A stretch of 64,000 nucleotides of DNA from Octopus sinensis. Taxonomy: Eukaryota. A program made the translations under genes and the position numbers. The first letter of the stretch is position 1, and each line of letters begins with the position of its first letter. Below are positions 1 through 12,815 of the stretch, one piece after another. The notes below the pieces were generated by a model that was not told the DNA's origin, did no database searches, and saw nothing but the letters and a program-made list of their open reading frames with translations. The stretch covers positions 71,424,001 through 71,488,000 of the forward strand of contig NC_043006.1 of the NCBI RefSeq assembly GCF_006345805.1, written 5' to 3'.

Positions 1-3000
1 GTTGCATTTCAAAGGCACAGAATTGTAACAACACTGCCTTGCACTGTTTCTGCCCATGTGGAATATTCAGCTATTTACAAGCTAATTCAAAAAAAGAAGT
101 TCAGTTGATCGAACAACTGAAAACTCAATGAAACTAATAGAAATCATTCACTTTTTGTTTTATGTATGTGTAAGCCTGTGTGTATATGAGTGTGTGTATT
201 TGTATGAATGTGAATGTGTGCATATGTGATAAAAGTGAGGGCAGACAACTTAATGGTTAATGTATTTGGATCAAGATCGTAAGGTTGCAAGTTTGGTTCC
301 CAGTGGAACACTGTGTCCTTGACCAAGACACTATTTTCCCATTGCTCCAGTCCACTCAACTGGCAAAAATGAGTTGCACCTATATTTCAACTGGTTATAT
401 TTGGTGTGTCACACTGAATCTCCTTGAAAACTACATTCAGTGTACATGTGTCTGTGGAATGCTCAGCCACATGCATGTTAGTTTTCATGAGCAGGCTTCC
501 CATTGATCAAATCACCTGGAACACTTGTCATAACCAACAGAGTGCCCAGCCCTGTGATAACAAAAGTGAGGTAGAAAGGTGGAAACAACCAAATATGTTA
601 CAGAAGCCTCTACCTGATAACCCAGCTTGCTAGAAATAGCAATGAAATTCCCTCAGATCATCTCTTACTGTCTAAGAAAATAAGAATGGCCACGTTAGAT
701 AATGTTGTCTTGGGTATATAAAAAGATAAGATGATCATGAGCAGGATATCTTGGACCATAGAGTTTGCTCGATTAGGGATGATCTGTGACTAAACAACAA
801 CAACAACAGAGCCAGACAAGAAGGACAAGGGAAGAAATCAGATTTGTGAGTATTGGACCTTAAATGTGTGCAAAGCACAACAGAGATTTGTAAACCTCAA
901 TAGCCAATGCCTGTATTAAAGAGATGGTGTTAAAAATCAATCACAAAAATACAAATGATATTTGGTAGAAAGAAACTTTACAAAAGATCATTATATGTGT
1001 GCAAATGTATGTGTGTGTATATAAGCTTGGCTGTGTGGTTAAGAACCTTGCTTCCTAACCACATGATTTCAGGTTCAGTCCCTTCAACTTGACAACATGG
1101 GCAAGTATCTTCAACTATAGCTTTGTGATTGGATTTGGAAGACAGAAACTGAAAGAAGCCAGTTGTGTGTGTGTGTGTATGTGTGTGTGTTGTTGTTGTT
1201 TCTTGTCTAGATGGCATGTGACAGTTGTAAACAAGTGTCTCCACTATATAAGCAGTATCCAACCCATGCTAGCATGGAAAGCGGACGCTAAACAATGATG
1301 ATGATGATGATGATGTCCTTAATTTCCAATCTTTCATGAAGATATGGCTAGCCAAGGGATAATGTTACTTTACATGGAAACAGGTGAAGATTGGCAAAAA
1401 GAGGGGCATCTAGCTGCAGAAAACCAGCTTCAACAAATTCTGTCCAACCCCTGCCAGCATGGAAAAAGTGGATGTTAAAATGATGATGATGATGATACCA
1501 AATGTAAAAAAAATAAAATAAAATAAAAGAGTTGTGTCAAACGCATAACTTAGCAGCAATCCAATAAAACAGAAACCCAGTAAAATATAAGAGCAAAGTG
1601 AAATACTGGAGTTGAAGGAAGTGCTCCAATATGGCCACTTTCCAACAACTTCAAACAGTAGAAGAGAATAATAATAATAAAGATTCATTTCATAAGGATG
1701 TTGTCTGAGAGTATAAAGAACCAAGTGTTGTTAACAATGAAAAATAATAAAAGTTACAACTAGATATAAAACACACCATTTTGCTACACTTCATACTGCC
1801 ATTTTATATACATCATATGCTCGACATGTCCCTCAGTAGGAACATGGGAGAGCACGCGCGCACACACTCTCTCTCCGTCTCTCGGAACTATATGAAAATA
1901 GTATTTAAGCACACATTAAATATACCACTCAATATAAAAATGAGTATAAAAGCCAGTTGACAAGACAGCAAGCACAAACTAACATAAAAGAGAAAAGGAC
2001 AGACAGAAACAAATGTGTAGCAATCTATGATGGGGATATACCCATCATAGAAACCAAAGTAAAATGCTATAAACCCAGGATATTATATATTGGATCATTC
2101 ATTAATGAGAGACGAGGAGAATAAGATGACTGCTAAATTATTAAATAATTTATAAATAAAATGGAATAGTTCCAAATAAGACAATTTCTAGAGATGGATG
2201 CAATACATTCCAGAATATAAAGAGACCTAAAGGAAATAAAATAGACCAAAGGAATGAATTTGCATCAGTGAATGAAGGGGTTGTTGTACTGAATTCCATG
2301 TGGAAAACAATTAATTGACATTTCCCTCTAAATTGGAGAAAGGAAAGAAGAAACTAACAGCAATGACAATTGTTCATGATTGCCAAAGAAAAGGAGAGAT
2401 AATTTCAGGAAATTAAGAATTAATCTCTTATTGCTTAGATAAGAGTCTGATCTAGTTAGCAGGTAAGGGGGACAACTATAGATTTATTTCAATCCATTAA
2501 ACCTCACCAGATGCTATTCATAGTTGTCCACTTTGTCTGCACACATTAAAATCAGGACTTTCTACCTAAGCCCTTATATTATCTTTCAGAGATTACTCAT
2601 TAATTTCTTCAAATTATCTTCTTTAAGAATCCTTAACTATTGTCACTGTGTGTTTGTTTTCTCTCTCTACAAGAGAAATTTCAGTCAATATGTATATTTT
2701 CTTCCATGTGTTATTCAGTTTATCAAACCTTAACCCAGAATATAATGGGGCTCCAATCAAAGACCTTAAAAATGTATACTAAACCTTAGTAAGGGCAAGG
2801 TTGGTGGTGGGGTTATCTTAAACAATGAGCATGAAATAGCCAATATCATTCTAAGATAGATCAGGAACGACCTACACAGGTCACAAGCACATCTTGCACT
2901 GTTTTAGAAATATATCTATATATACTGAGTCTTGGTGGTTGATTTTTTTTTTGTCCTTTTTCTATATAAAACTGGTAATTGTTATGTATTATATACTACT

Positions 3001-3087
3001 TATACTAAGACATTAGTGACTATATATGCATACACACATACATTTAGCAGAAGTAACAGTGACTCAAGGTTCGAGAGTTTCATGACC

Positions 3088-3118
<31 letters not shown>

Positions 3119-3773
3119 ATGTGTGTGTGTATAATAGACAGATACACATTCACACACAAATAAAATTAAAAGTATACAACTGGCTGTTAGTGGTATAAAA
3201 TTATTTATAGCTATACAGGAAAGAGTAAATATAATTAAACAGAAAACAGTAAAAAAAAAAAGAGAGAATGTAAGTTTATAGTAGTTCTTGATAGATAGAT
3301 ATCCAAAAGTTCATACTTTAACATCACAGGTAAAGAAGAGAAGAATCCGGGCCAACCTTTGCAGCTGTTTCTGGGGTTCACTACTGCACTTACTATTCAC
3401 CGATCCCCAGAAACAGCTGTAAAGAATTGCCCAAATTTCCTCTTCTCTCTTGTCATGATATCTCATCTCTCTGGATATCTAATCTATCTGTGAAGAACTA
3501 CAATGGATTTTCATTTTTCTATCTTTTTCATGTTTTTCTGCATACTTATATTTATACTCACTTCTGTATAAATTTATAATTGCTTTGATACCATTACCTA
3601 TCCTTATTTTATTATAATTTCATTAGCTTAACTGCTACATTTCCTATAGCCAACTGTTGCTTGCCTGAATTTTGTCTCCCATGACTTTATGTTGGATTTT
3701 ATCTATCTCATCTGGTCTGAGCACCAATCTGCTGGTATTTACTATAAGCCTTTAGGCATATTCTTACAATATA

Positions 3774-5410
3774 CAGTACCATGCAAAAGTCTTTGGTCAC
3801 TTTAAACTACTGTAAATTTCTATTAATTGCCAATTTATAAGTGGATGTTTTGCATTGCGTTTTTCACAGATGGAACATTGACTCTGTTGGAGTAATTTCC
3901 ATACCTAATCATTATATTTTGTAGTAGGGGTTCTGAATGAGAGGGGGAGATGTGAGATGAGCACCAAAAATGGCCATGCAAAAGTTTTCAGCTACCTCAC
4001 ATAAACCAATCATGATACAGTGTTTTAAAATAGAAAAAATGTCTATAATGAAAATTTATTATATAATGTTCATTTCAAGAAGTTACAGTACATTGTTAAT
4101 ATTCCGTGTGGCTTCCCTTAGCATGAATAATTGCTTTGATGTGCCTGGGAAGAGATGTGTACAAATCCTTCACCATCTTCACAAACTATGAGATGCCATT
4201 CTCTATGGCTGAGCTCCCACAACTCTTCAAGATTGCTTGGATTCTTCTGATGGACTCTTCTCTTTAGTTCTGCCCACATTTGCTCAATGATATTTAAGTC
4301 AGAGCTCTGAGCTGGCCAATCTTTCAATACAGTAACAACTTCATCAGCCAGACTGTTGTGTTGCACGCAATGTGTGGGATGGAGCTCTGTCATGCTGAAA
4401 AATCTCACCTTCATCCAAGTCTGGTATCTAATTGTCTTTCAGCAACTGGATGTATTTGGCACTATTCAATTTACATTCAATTTTAACCAACATTCTTGAA
4501 CCATCACTTTTTATGTATCCCCAAAGCATCAGACTCAAACCCCCAAACTTTGTTTTCGTCCTGTAACGTGGGTCATTTTGCTTTCTAATAGGCGAGAATT
4601 TGTCAGAAGGCTTCCAGGAAAGCAAAACAACTCACATTACACAACGGAAACTGAAGTTTGGGGGTTTGAGTCTGAAGCTTTGGGAATACATAAAAGGTGA
4701 TGGTTCAAGAAAGTTGGTTTCAATTGATGGTAACTTGAATAGTGCCAAATGCATCCAGTTGCTGAAGGACAATTTGATACCAGACTTGGATGAAGGTGAG
4801 ATTTTTCAGCATGGCAGAGCTCCATCCCACACATTGCATGCATCACAACAAAGTCTAGCTAATGAAGGTGTTACCGAATTGAAAGATTAGCCATCTCAGA
4901 GCCCTGACTTAAATATCATTGAGCAAATGTGGTCAGAACTAAATAGAAGAGTTCACCAGAAGAATCCATGCAATCTTGAAGAGTTGTGGGAGCTCAGCCA
5001 CAGAGAACAGCATCTCATACCTGTGAAGATGGTGAAGGCTTTGTATGCATCTCTTCCCAGGCGCATTGAAGCAATTATTCAAGCTAAGAGAAACCACATG
5101 AAATATTAACAATTTCATGAAATGAACAATATGTAACAAATTTTCATTATAGACATTTTTTCTGTTTTAAAACATTGTATCTTGACTGATTTATGTGATA
5201 TGGCCAAAAACTTTTGCATGGCAATTTCTCACATCTTCCCCTCTCATTCAAAACCCCTACTATAAAATATAATGATTAGGTATGGAAATGACTCCAACAG
5301 GGCCAATGTTCCATCTGTAAAAAACGCAATGTGAAACATCCATTTCTGAGTTGACAATTAGTAGAAATTTATAATAGTTTAAATTGGCCGAAGACTTTTG
5401 CATGGTGCTG
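3774..5410. mobile_element. Palindromic (fold-back) non-autonomous Tc1/DD34E element, 1637 bp, flanked by TA
   Basis: Starts TA|CAGTACCATGCAAAAGTC and ends GACTTTTGCATGGTGCTG|TA. Both arms carry the 3' half of a Tc1 transposase (KFGGLSLMLWG...SPDLNIIEQMW...IIQAKRNHMKY) in opposite orientation, meeting near 4590-4610. Stops and frameshifts are present. Confidence 0.9.
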
Positions 5411-5556
5411 TACATATAGGTGTGGCTGTGTGGTTTAGAAGTTTGCTTTCCAACCACAGTCTTTCAGGTTCACTCCCACTGTGTGGTGCCTTGGGCAAGA
5501 GTCTTCTACTATAACCCTTATGAGTAGATTTAGTAGATGGAAACTGAAGTGAGCTC

Positions 5557-5616
<60 letters not shown>

Positions 5617-6240
5617 AATGTTTTCCATGCTGGTATGGGTTGGGTTGGGTAGTTTGATAGGATCTGATGCACAGCAGGGTTGCATTGAGTTCCAGTGTTA
5701 ACTTTGGCATGGTTTCTATAGCTAGATGCCTTTCCCCGTGTCAACCACTTTACAGTGTATACTGAGTACTATTTTCATGTCACTGGCACTTATGAGGTTG
5801 CCCAGTAACTTGCAAGACAAGAACTACAAAAGGAAAAAGCTCCCTCAGCTAAGAGGATAGAATATATGAATGAGGGAGGTGGCTTTATGTCAGGTGTTGG
5901 AGGATTAAAGTACAATAGAGAGACAAGTGCAGGTGTCTTGCTAAAGAGAAGATACATGACTACCCCACATATATACTTCCTTTTTCATTTGCTAGTTCTG
6001 GAAGGGGCAGTGCCGATGACTTTTACAAACCTTCAAAGATCAATGAATCTGATGCTGATAATTTTTTATTGAAACTGCTGCAGGTCAACATCAGACATGA
6101 GCAAGAAAATCCCAGAGGGCTGATATATATGTGGAGCAGGTGGACTTGTATATCTTCATTCTCATCATGTTTTTATGTCCTGTTTCCATGCTGGCACAGG
6201 TGAAATGAGTTGTCACAGTCTCAAATTTTATTTGATGTTA

Positions 6241-6278
<38 letters not shown>

Positions 6279-7390
6279 TTTTACTCAGTTTGGAAGGGAG
6301 GGAGATTCCTTGTTTACAGGTTAAATGTTTCAAAGTTCTGAAATTCAGGCTACACAGTCCTGAAACCCACAAGAATTGGTTCCTAATTACAAGAAAAGAG
6401 TAGCAAATATTGCAAACTGTTTTTTAATTAAACAGATAATTTAGTTTCTAGAACAATTAAGAAATCAACCATTAAGCAAATAAGTGATCACAGACAACAG
6501 AACAGCAAACAGTGGATGGTGGGATGGGATGGGATGGGCAGGGGGATACTTTTAAAGAAGTATTTTACAAGTTGGCAGCAAGGAGTTTTGGAGGGCTTCC
6601 CCCTGCTAACCCCCTTCTTTTACTTCTAAAAGTCAGTCTAAGAATTTCTTAATGGTTTTTCCTCCATTTCTTATCAAACAATGAAAGATAAGAATTTTTT
6701 TTATGAAAAACAGTCAATAAAATAAGAACCCAACAACAACAAAAAAAAAAAGTAAAAAAATCTGCAAGATCACACAAAAGAACTAGCTTCAGCATGTCAG
6801 AATTTATTTTATTAATTGAGATGTTTTATTTAATCACAACAAAACAAAATTAAAATAAAATCATTCACAAATTAAAAAAAGAAATTAAAACAATCAAATA
6901 TAAACAATAATTTAGTGTTAACATGTTTAATGCAGTGAGCATCACCAAACTAATTTAAAATAATTATATTAGGAATTATATTAGGACTTTTAAAAAATAA
7001 TTTTTTTTTAAATCGTTGATTAACTACACCTACAGCTATTAACTAATCTGGAATATAGTTTATATTAAAATATAACAATTTAAAATAAATGAATTTATCC
7101 AATCCCTCACAAAGTTCGGTGCTATAATTTTATATTTTTCAAGCGATATCACTTTAATGCAATTATTCTGTGTGTGTATGTGTGTATGTATGCGCATGTG
7201 TGCAGAGGCATATGTAATTATTCTGTACCCATGAGTTGTGTTGTGTGCACATTTGTATATGAACTTTTCTGATTTGATGCGAAATTCTGTGATAAAATAT
7301 AGGTTATATAGTTTAAGTCATGTTGGCGCTCTTACTAAAAATAGAAAAATTTGTATATATTTAGTGAGTGTATGTGTGTGTATGTATGTA

Positions 7391-7430
<40 letters not shown>

Positions 7431-7667
7431 TATACATTCATAAATACATACATCTTTATCCTGGTCCTCCATCGGGATCAGCATTACACACGATGTAACA
7501 AGGGCCCAGCTCACAACTAGAGCTTCCACAAGTTTGTCTACTCAATTCCACTCACAATGCTTGGGTTGACTCAGAAGTGTTGTAGAATCACATATGTCAT
7601 GCAGTGGGATAAAAACCCAAGATTTCATCATTGTGAGATGAATTTCTTAAACACCAGGCCAGCCTGC

Positions 7668-7669
<2 letters not shown>

Positions 7670-7749
<80 letters not shown>

Positions 7750-7751
7750 TG
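7670..7751 (+). repeat. Long pure (TG)n microsatellite, the longest of many (TG)/(TA)/(AAT)/(GAT) tracts in the window
   Basis: Read directly from the sequence. Confidence 0.95.
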
Positions 7752-9719
7752 TATAAAGTTTATGAATTTAATTTCATGAAGTCAAATGATTAACAGTAGA
7801 ATAACAATCAAAGCTGGTTATTAATTGCAATGGAGTTGGGTAGGGGGATGGAGAAGCAGGGATTGGTTAACGTTTAAAATTACATGGGGATGTTTTATGG
7901 GGTAGATAAACCTGAGTATATCAGAGCAAAGGTGGGATATACACAGAGAAAGCTGATACAGTTATGGTTACCATCTGTATAGGACGGCGGATGTTTTCAT
8001 AAAAGGGAAGGAGAATAAATATAGATCACAGCAGATTTTTCTTTTCAAAATCAGGATTGGTGTTAGCGCAAGCAACAAATCAATAAAAAAAATAGAATTA
8101 TAATAAAAAATAAACAAACAAAAAAGCAATAACAAAAACAAGGAATTTAGCGAATAAATATGGTTTTTGTGCAGTATAGCGCTATGTAGTTGCAGGGGTA
8201 GGAGGCGCGGGCAAGATGTAAGTTTCAACAGATCGTTCAGTCGGTGGATCAAATATTAAGAAGGAGAGCAAAGTTGTTCCACAGCAACAGTTATGAGAGA
8301 GAGAGAGAAGGAGAGGGTTAAAAAAACAGAAATTTAGATAAAATGTGTAACCACCCCACTTCAAACCATCACCAAGAACATCCTGTTCTGTTTGTTTCAT
8401 GAATGACAAGCAACAACACTTAAAAAATTAATCAATGCAATCACAATCACCATTAACATCATCATCATCACCATTATCATCATCACCACCACCACCATCC
8501 TCATAATCAACTGCAAAAGAAAAGGGTAAGTACCTGATCTGATCCGAGCCTTTAAGGCCAATAAATGATTATTATTATTACTACTACTACATCACTGATA
8601 CCCCTTGGAGATACACAAACATTATAACAGCTTCTTAGTTCATGTCAATGTAGAAATCAACTTATCATTACTGACAACAACACTGACGCATTTTAACATA
8701 AAACCAAGTTCACCAGATACAGTACACACATGCATAAGTGGGTATCTGTAGTTGAAGATGTGCATCAAAGGAGACATATACTTGTGCATGTAATGAACTA
8801 GTGCTTAACATCATCATCATCATTATTATTATTATTATTATTAACAATGTTAACGATGCTCACTTTTGGTGTAGATTTTGTTGGCTATGTAATTATCAGT
8901 TAAAAGACTTTTGGGGGCGAAATAGCATCATTTCTGAGAGATGCCAAACCCATCTCCCAATACAAAAAGCTATTGTGTGTTATTTTTCGATTGTCATCTT
9001 CAAACGTCTTAATTGAAATATAGTAGGAATGTAGATATCAAAGGCACAGATTAGGTGTAAATATTAAAAAATGTAGTCTCAATGTGAATATCAATTAAAC
9101 ATGGGATGTAAATATGAATATTTAAACAAAAAGTTTCATCTCGAAAGATGAAAAAAATTAGAATTGTATTAACAACTAATGTCAGACAAGAAGCATTTAG
9201 AAATGAAAGAGATTGAAAACTTAAAATAAATAAGTAGAGATTAAAATTCAAAGACTCAACCCTAATTCCTACAGAAATTGTTGCAGACTTCAAAAATAGA
9301 GTAAAACAGTTTAATATGAAATAATTACTAATTTTACAAAGCACATGCATGTGTGTGTGTGTGTGTGTGTGTGTGTCTGATGTGCATATCTCAAAGGTGA
9401 AGTAGAATGTGTCAGCAATGAAAATCTCCATCGCAAACAGTTGATTGTCATTTCATGTGTACGATTGAGTCGTCGTTTGTTGTTTTTATTGAGGAAATGA
9501 TTTGATGGGGGACAGAAAATATGCTTTTGAACTGTAAAGGACATTGAAATGTATATTGTTTTGTAGAGAATTTCACAACACTCACTACTGGATACAGAAC
9601 AACTGTTTCCAGTCGCAACACAAAAATAGATTCTTGAATGCAATAACTTCCATCACCACATATCTCATACCCGCCATCTGTCTTACAATAACCCCAAACC
9701 TAACAAAGAAAGAATGATT

Positions 9720-10790
9720 GTCTATCAAGACCAACCAATGTTTCACTGGTACTTAATTTAGCGACCCCGAAAGGATGAAAAGCAAAATCAACCTTGGCAG
9801 AACTTGAACTCGGAATGTAGCAGCAGACAAAATACTGCTAAGCGTTTATCCCAGCATGCTAATGATTCTGCCAGCTTGCCACCTTTTTAATAATAACAAT
9901 AACAGTGGTTTCTAATATAGGCATAAAGCCAGAAATTTGGAGATGAGCTTTTTGCCAATCCATTACCCCTTGCAGTAATAATTGTTTCTGGTTCAGGCAC
10001 AAGAGCATCAATTAGTCAGTAACACTGACCCCTGAAATTGACTGGCTTGTCATTCTATGACCGGGGGTGGGGGGTGAAAATCAAACTTGACCTTGTTGGG
10101 ATTTGAACTCAGAGACTAAAGAACAACAACAACAATAACAATAATAATAATGATGTTTGTTTCATTCCTAACATAAGCACAAAATCACAAATTTTTCAAG
10201 TGAAAGGGTATAGCTGATTAAATCAACCCTAAGTGTTTAACAAGGGTGTAATTTAGTAGATTCTAGATGGATGAATGACAAAGTTGACCTTGGTGTAGCA
10301 GTAGTAGTAATAGTAGTAGTAGTGATAATAATAACGCTTTCTACTAAAGGCACAAGGCCTGAAATTAGGAGGTGGGGAATAGTTGAATACATCAACCCCA
10401 GTGTTTTACTGGTACTTAATTTATCGACCCCAAAAGGATGAAAGGTAAAGTTGACCTCAGCAGAGTTTGATCTCAGAACATAGCAACAGGTGAAATACCA
10501 TTAAGCATTTAGCCCGGTATGCTAACGATTCTGCCAGCTTGCTGCCTTAATAATAATAACAATGGTTTCTAACATAGGCACAAGGCCTGATATTTGGAGG
10601 AAGAAGTTTAATGAAGTACATTGGCTCAGGTATCTGACTGGTACTATATTTTGTTGATGTCTCATAAAAGATGATGTTAACAAAAACTGACACCCACAGA
10701 ATTTGAACTCAGAACTTAAAGAGCTGGAACAAATACTGCAAGGTATTGTCATCTGATGCACTAACATTTCTGTTGACTCACAATTCAAAT
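9720..10790 (-). mobile_element. Second same-orientation cluster of SINE family B copies and fragments (about 5-6)
   Basis: Same motifs as 44195-45470. Best copy at ~10335-10550. Single copies also at ~48590-48760, 50230-50430, 58320-58500 and 63560-63680(+). Confidence 0.8.
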
Positions 10791-12815
10791 AATAAGATGG
10801 AAAATAAAAAACAATACACACATACAAAAACAAAGCCAGCTAAAATTTTCCAGATTAACCCCAGATGCACACAGACACGCGGATGCAGGACAGGGACAGT
10901 TTTCAAGTGAGACTGTCGAAGTATTTCCCCACCATCACCATGTCATGTCAGTCAGTTATGGTATATGATGAGTAAGGCACATTGGGTTGTGTGAGGGTGG
11001 TTCGAGTATGAGATGGGAAAGTGATGGAGCAACAAGTAGGCAAGGGGGAGTGGAAACATTAACAGAAAGAGAGGAAGAAAGAGGAGATAGAAGAAGAAAG
11101 GATAGGAGAAGATAGAAGAAAAGACAGGAGGTGAAAAAATACGAAAAACAATACACGAAAGACCAAGAAGAAAAGGGGTTGGAGAAACGAAAGATGAAAA
11201 GGGGTTAGGGAAACGAAAGACAATGACGAAAAAACACAAAAGACAAAACTTTTCAAGAACAACACAAAAAGAAGAAAAAAAGAAGAGGAAAATGAGAAAT
11301 GTTAGAGCAGGATAAATAAGTAAGAAAGAAAGAGATTTAGTTGTTGTTTACCTCTTTCATAGGTAGCAAGGAATGCTAAGAAATTAGGTATGAGACCCTA
11401 GAATATCGATGGTATTACATGGTGGTATCAAAGAGAGCATGTGCTTGTGTGTACACGACATGCTTAATTTAGAGTAACGTTTATATTGTTTTATATTCTG
11501 AAGGTTGAGAAGACAGTTTCAAATAAAGGATTAGAGGTCTGTTATAGGTATGGACTACTTTTTTTTTCCTCATTTGTAAATTTAAACATGTATGTGTGTG
11601 TGTATTGTATAGATATGTACGTATGTGTATGCATATGTGTGTGTGAATGAGTGTGAACAATGAAATTTCAAATGTGAAGAATGTCAACTGATGTCTGACA
11701 AATACTCAACAAGACTGAATGTCCTTAAAACTAGCAGCAACATGGACAAGGATTCTATAATTGTTATATATATATATATATATAATACAATTATATAACA
11801 ATTATAGAATTCTTATATATATATAATACAATTATATAACAATTATAGAATCCTTATATATATATATATATATGGCATATATAAATATAATTAGCTAAAG
11901 GAAGTTAAGTGGATCAATGGCATAAATTTTTTAAAATAAGTTCAAGGTGATGTATTAAATGACATATGCAAAAAAAAAAAATAATAATCAATTAATTGAA
12001 ATTTCTCTCCCTCAGTTGGAGAAAGAAATTGAAAACCTAGAGGCAATTTTTAGCAACTCTGAAAGAGAAGGGGAGATAATTTCATGTAATTAAGAATTAA
12101 TTTTCAAAAAATTAATTCACGTTTGGAGAAAAAAAAAATCTGATCTTTGTTTCTCAACAAATTTCGAAATTTTTTTTTTTCTGTAAATGCCATTTAGTAT
12201 ATAGACTCTTAACTTATATGGAATGCATGTTACTTGAAGAATTTCTCTGCAAATTGGAGAAGAAAAAAAGTGAAAAAAAAAAAAATCAATGTATTGTCAG
12301 ACGTCATTGAAAGCTACATCTAGTACTATGGTTGTTCCCACTAATATAGAGGTGGGCATCCTTCTTAGCTACCCCAGCAACCAACTAACCAACAGATACA
12401 ATTTCTGGCTTGCATGTTGATCTTTGTTGGAAATTGAAACCAGGATGACAGCATGTCTGTTAGATGACATAAAGTAACTCAATCAGAAGTATTCCACCTA
12501 TGTTACAACCCTACACACACTTGGTTAAACACATTGGTCCCCTATCTTTAATGAAAACCCTACAATTAGTTGAAATGTAGTATTAGGGGAAGAAAGGAAA
12601 CAAACTGTGTTTTTGTTAAATGGATCAAAGTCTTGGTAAATTTCAATAGAGCTTTTAGGAACTCTTCAAATAGCAAAGGTTTAAAAAGTTAAATGACCAC
12701 TAGTTCTTTAAATTAAACTACATTCGGCTAAAATTTCAAACACGGCAAAGCTCATTCCACTCTAATACTAACCTCACTTGCTTCTTGTCAATAAAAACCC
12801 TCCTTTCAAAGCTAT

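Noticed and set aside
860-960. Good-looking minus-strand acceptor (ctctttaatacag|GCATTGG at 910) as the next LRRFIP exon
   Set aside because: In the required phase it encodes only G-I-G-Y-stop, shows no similarity to the second coiled coil, and has no convincing donor.
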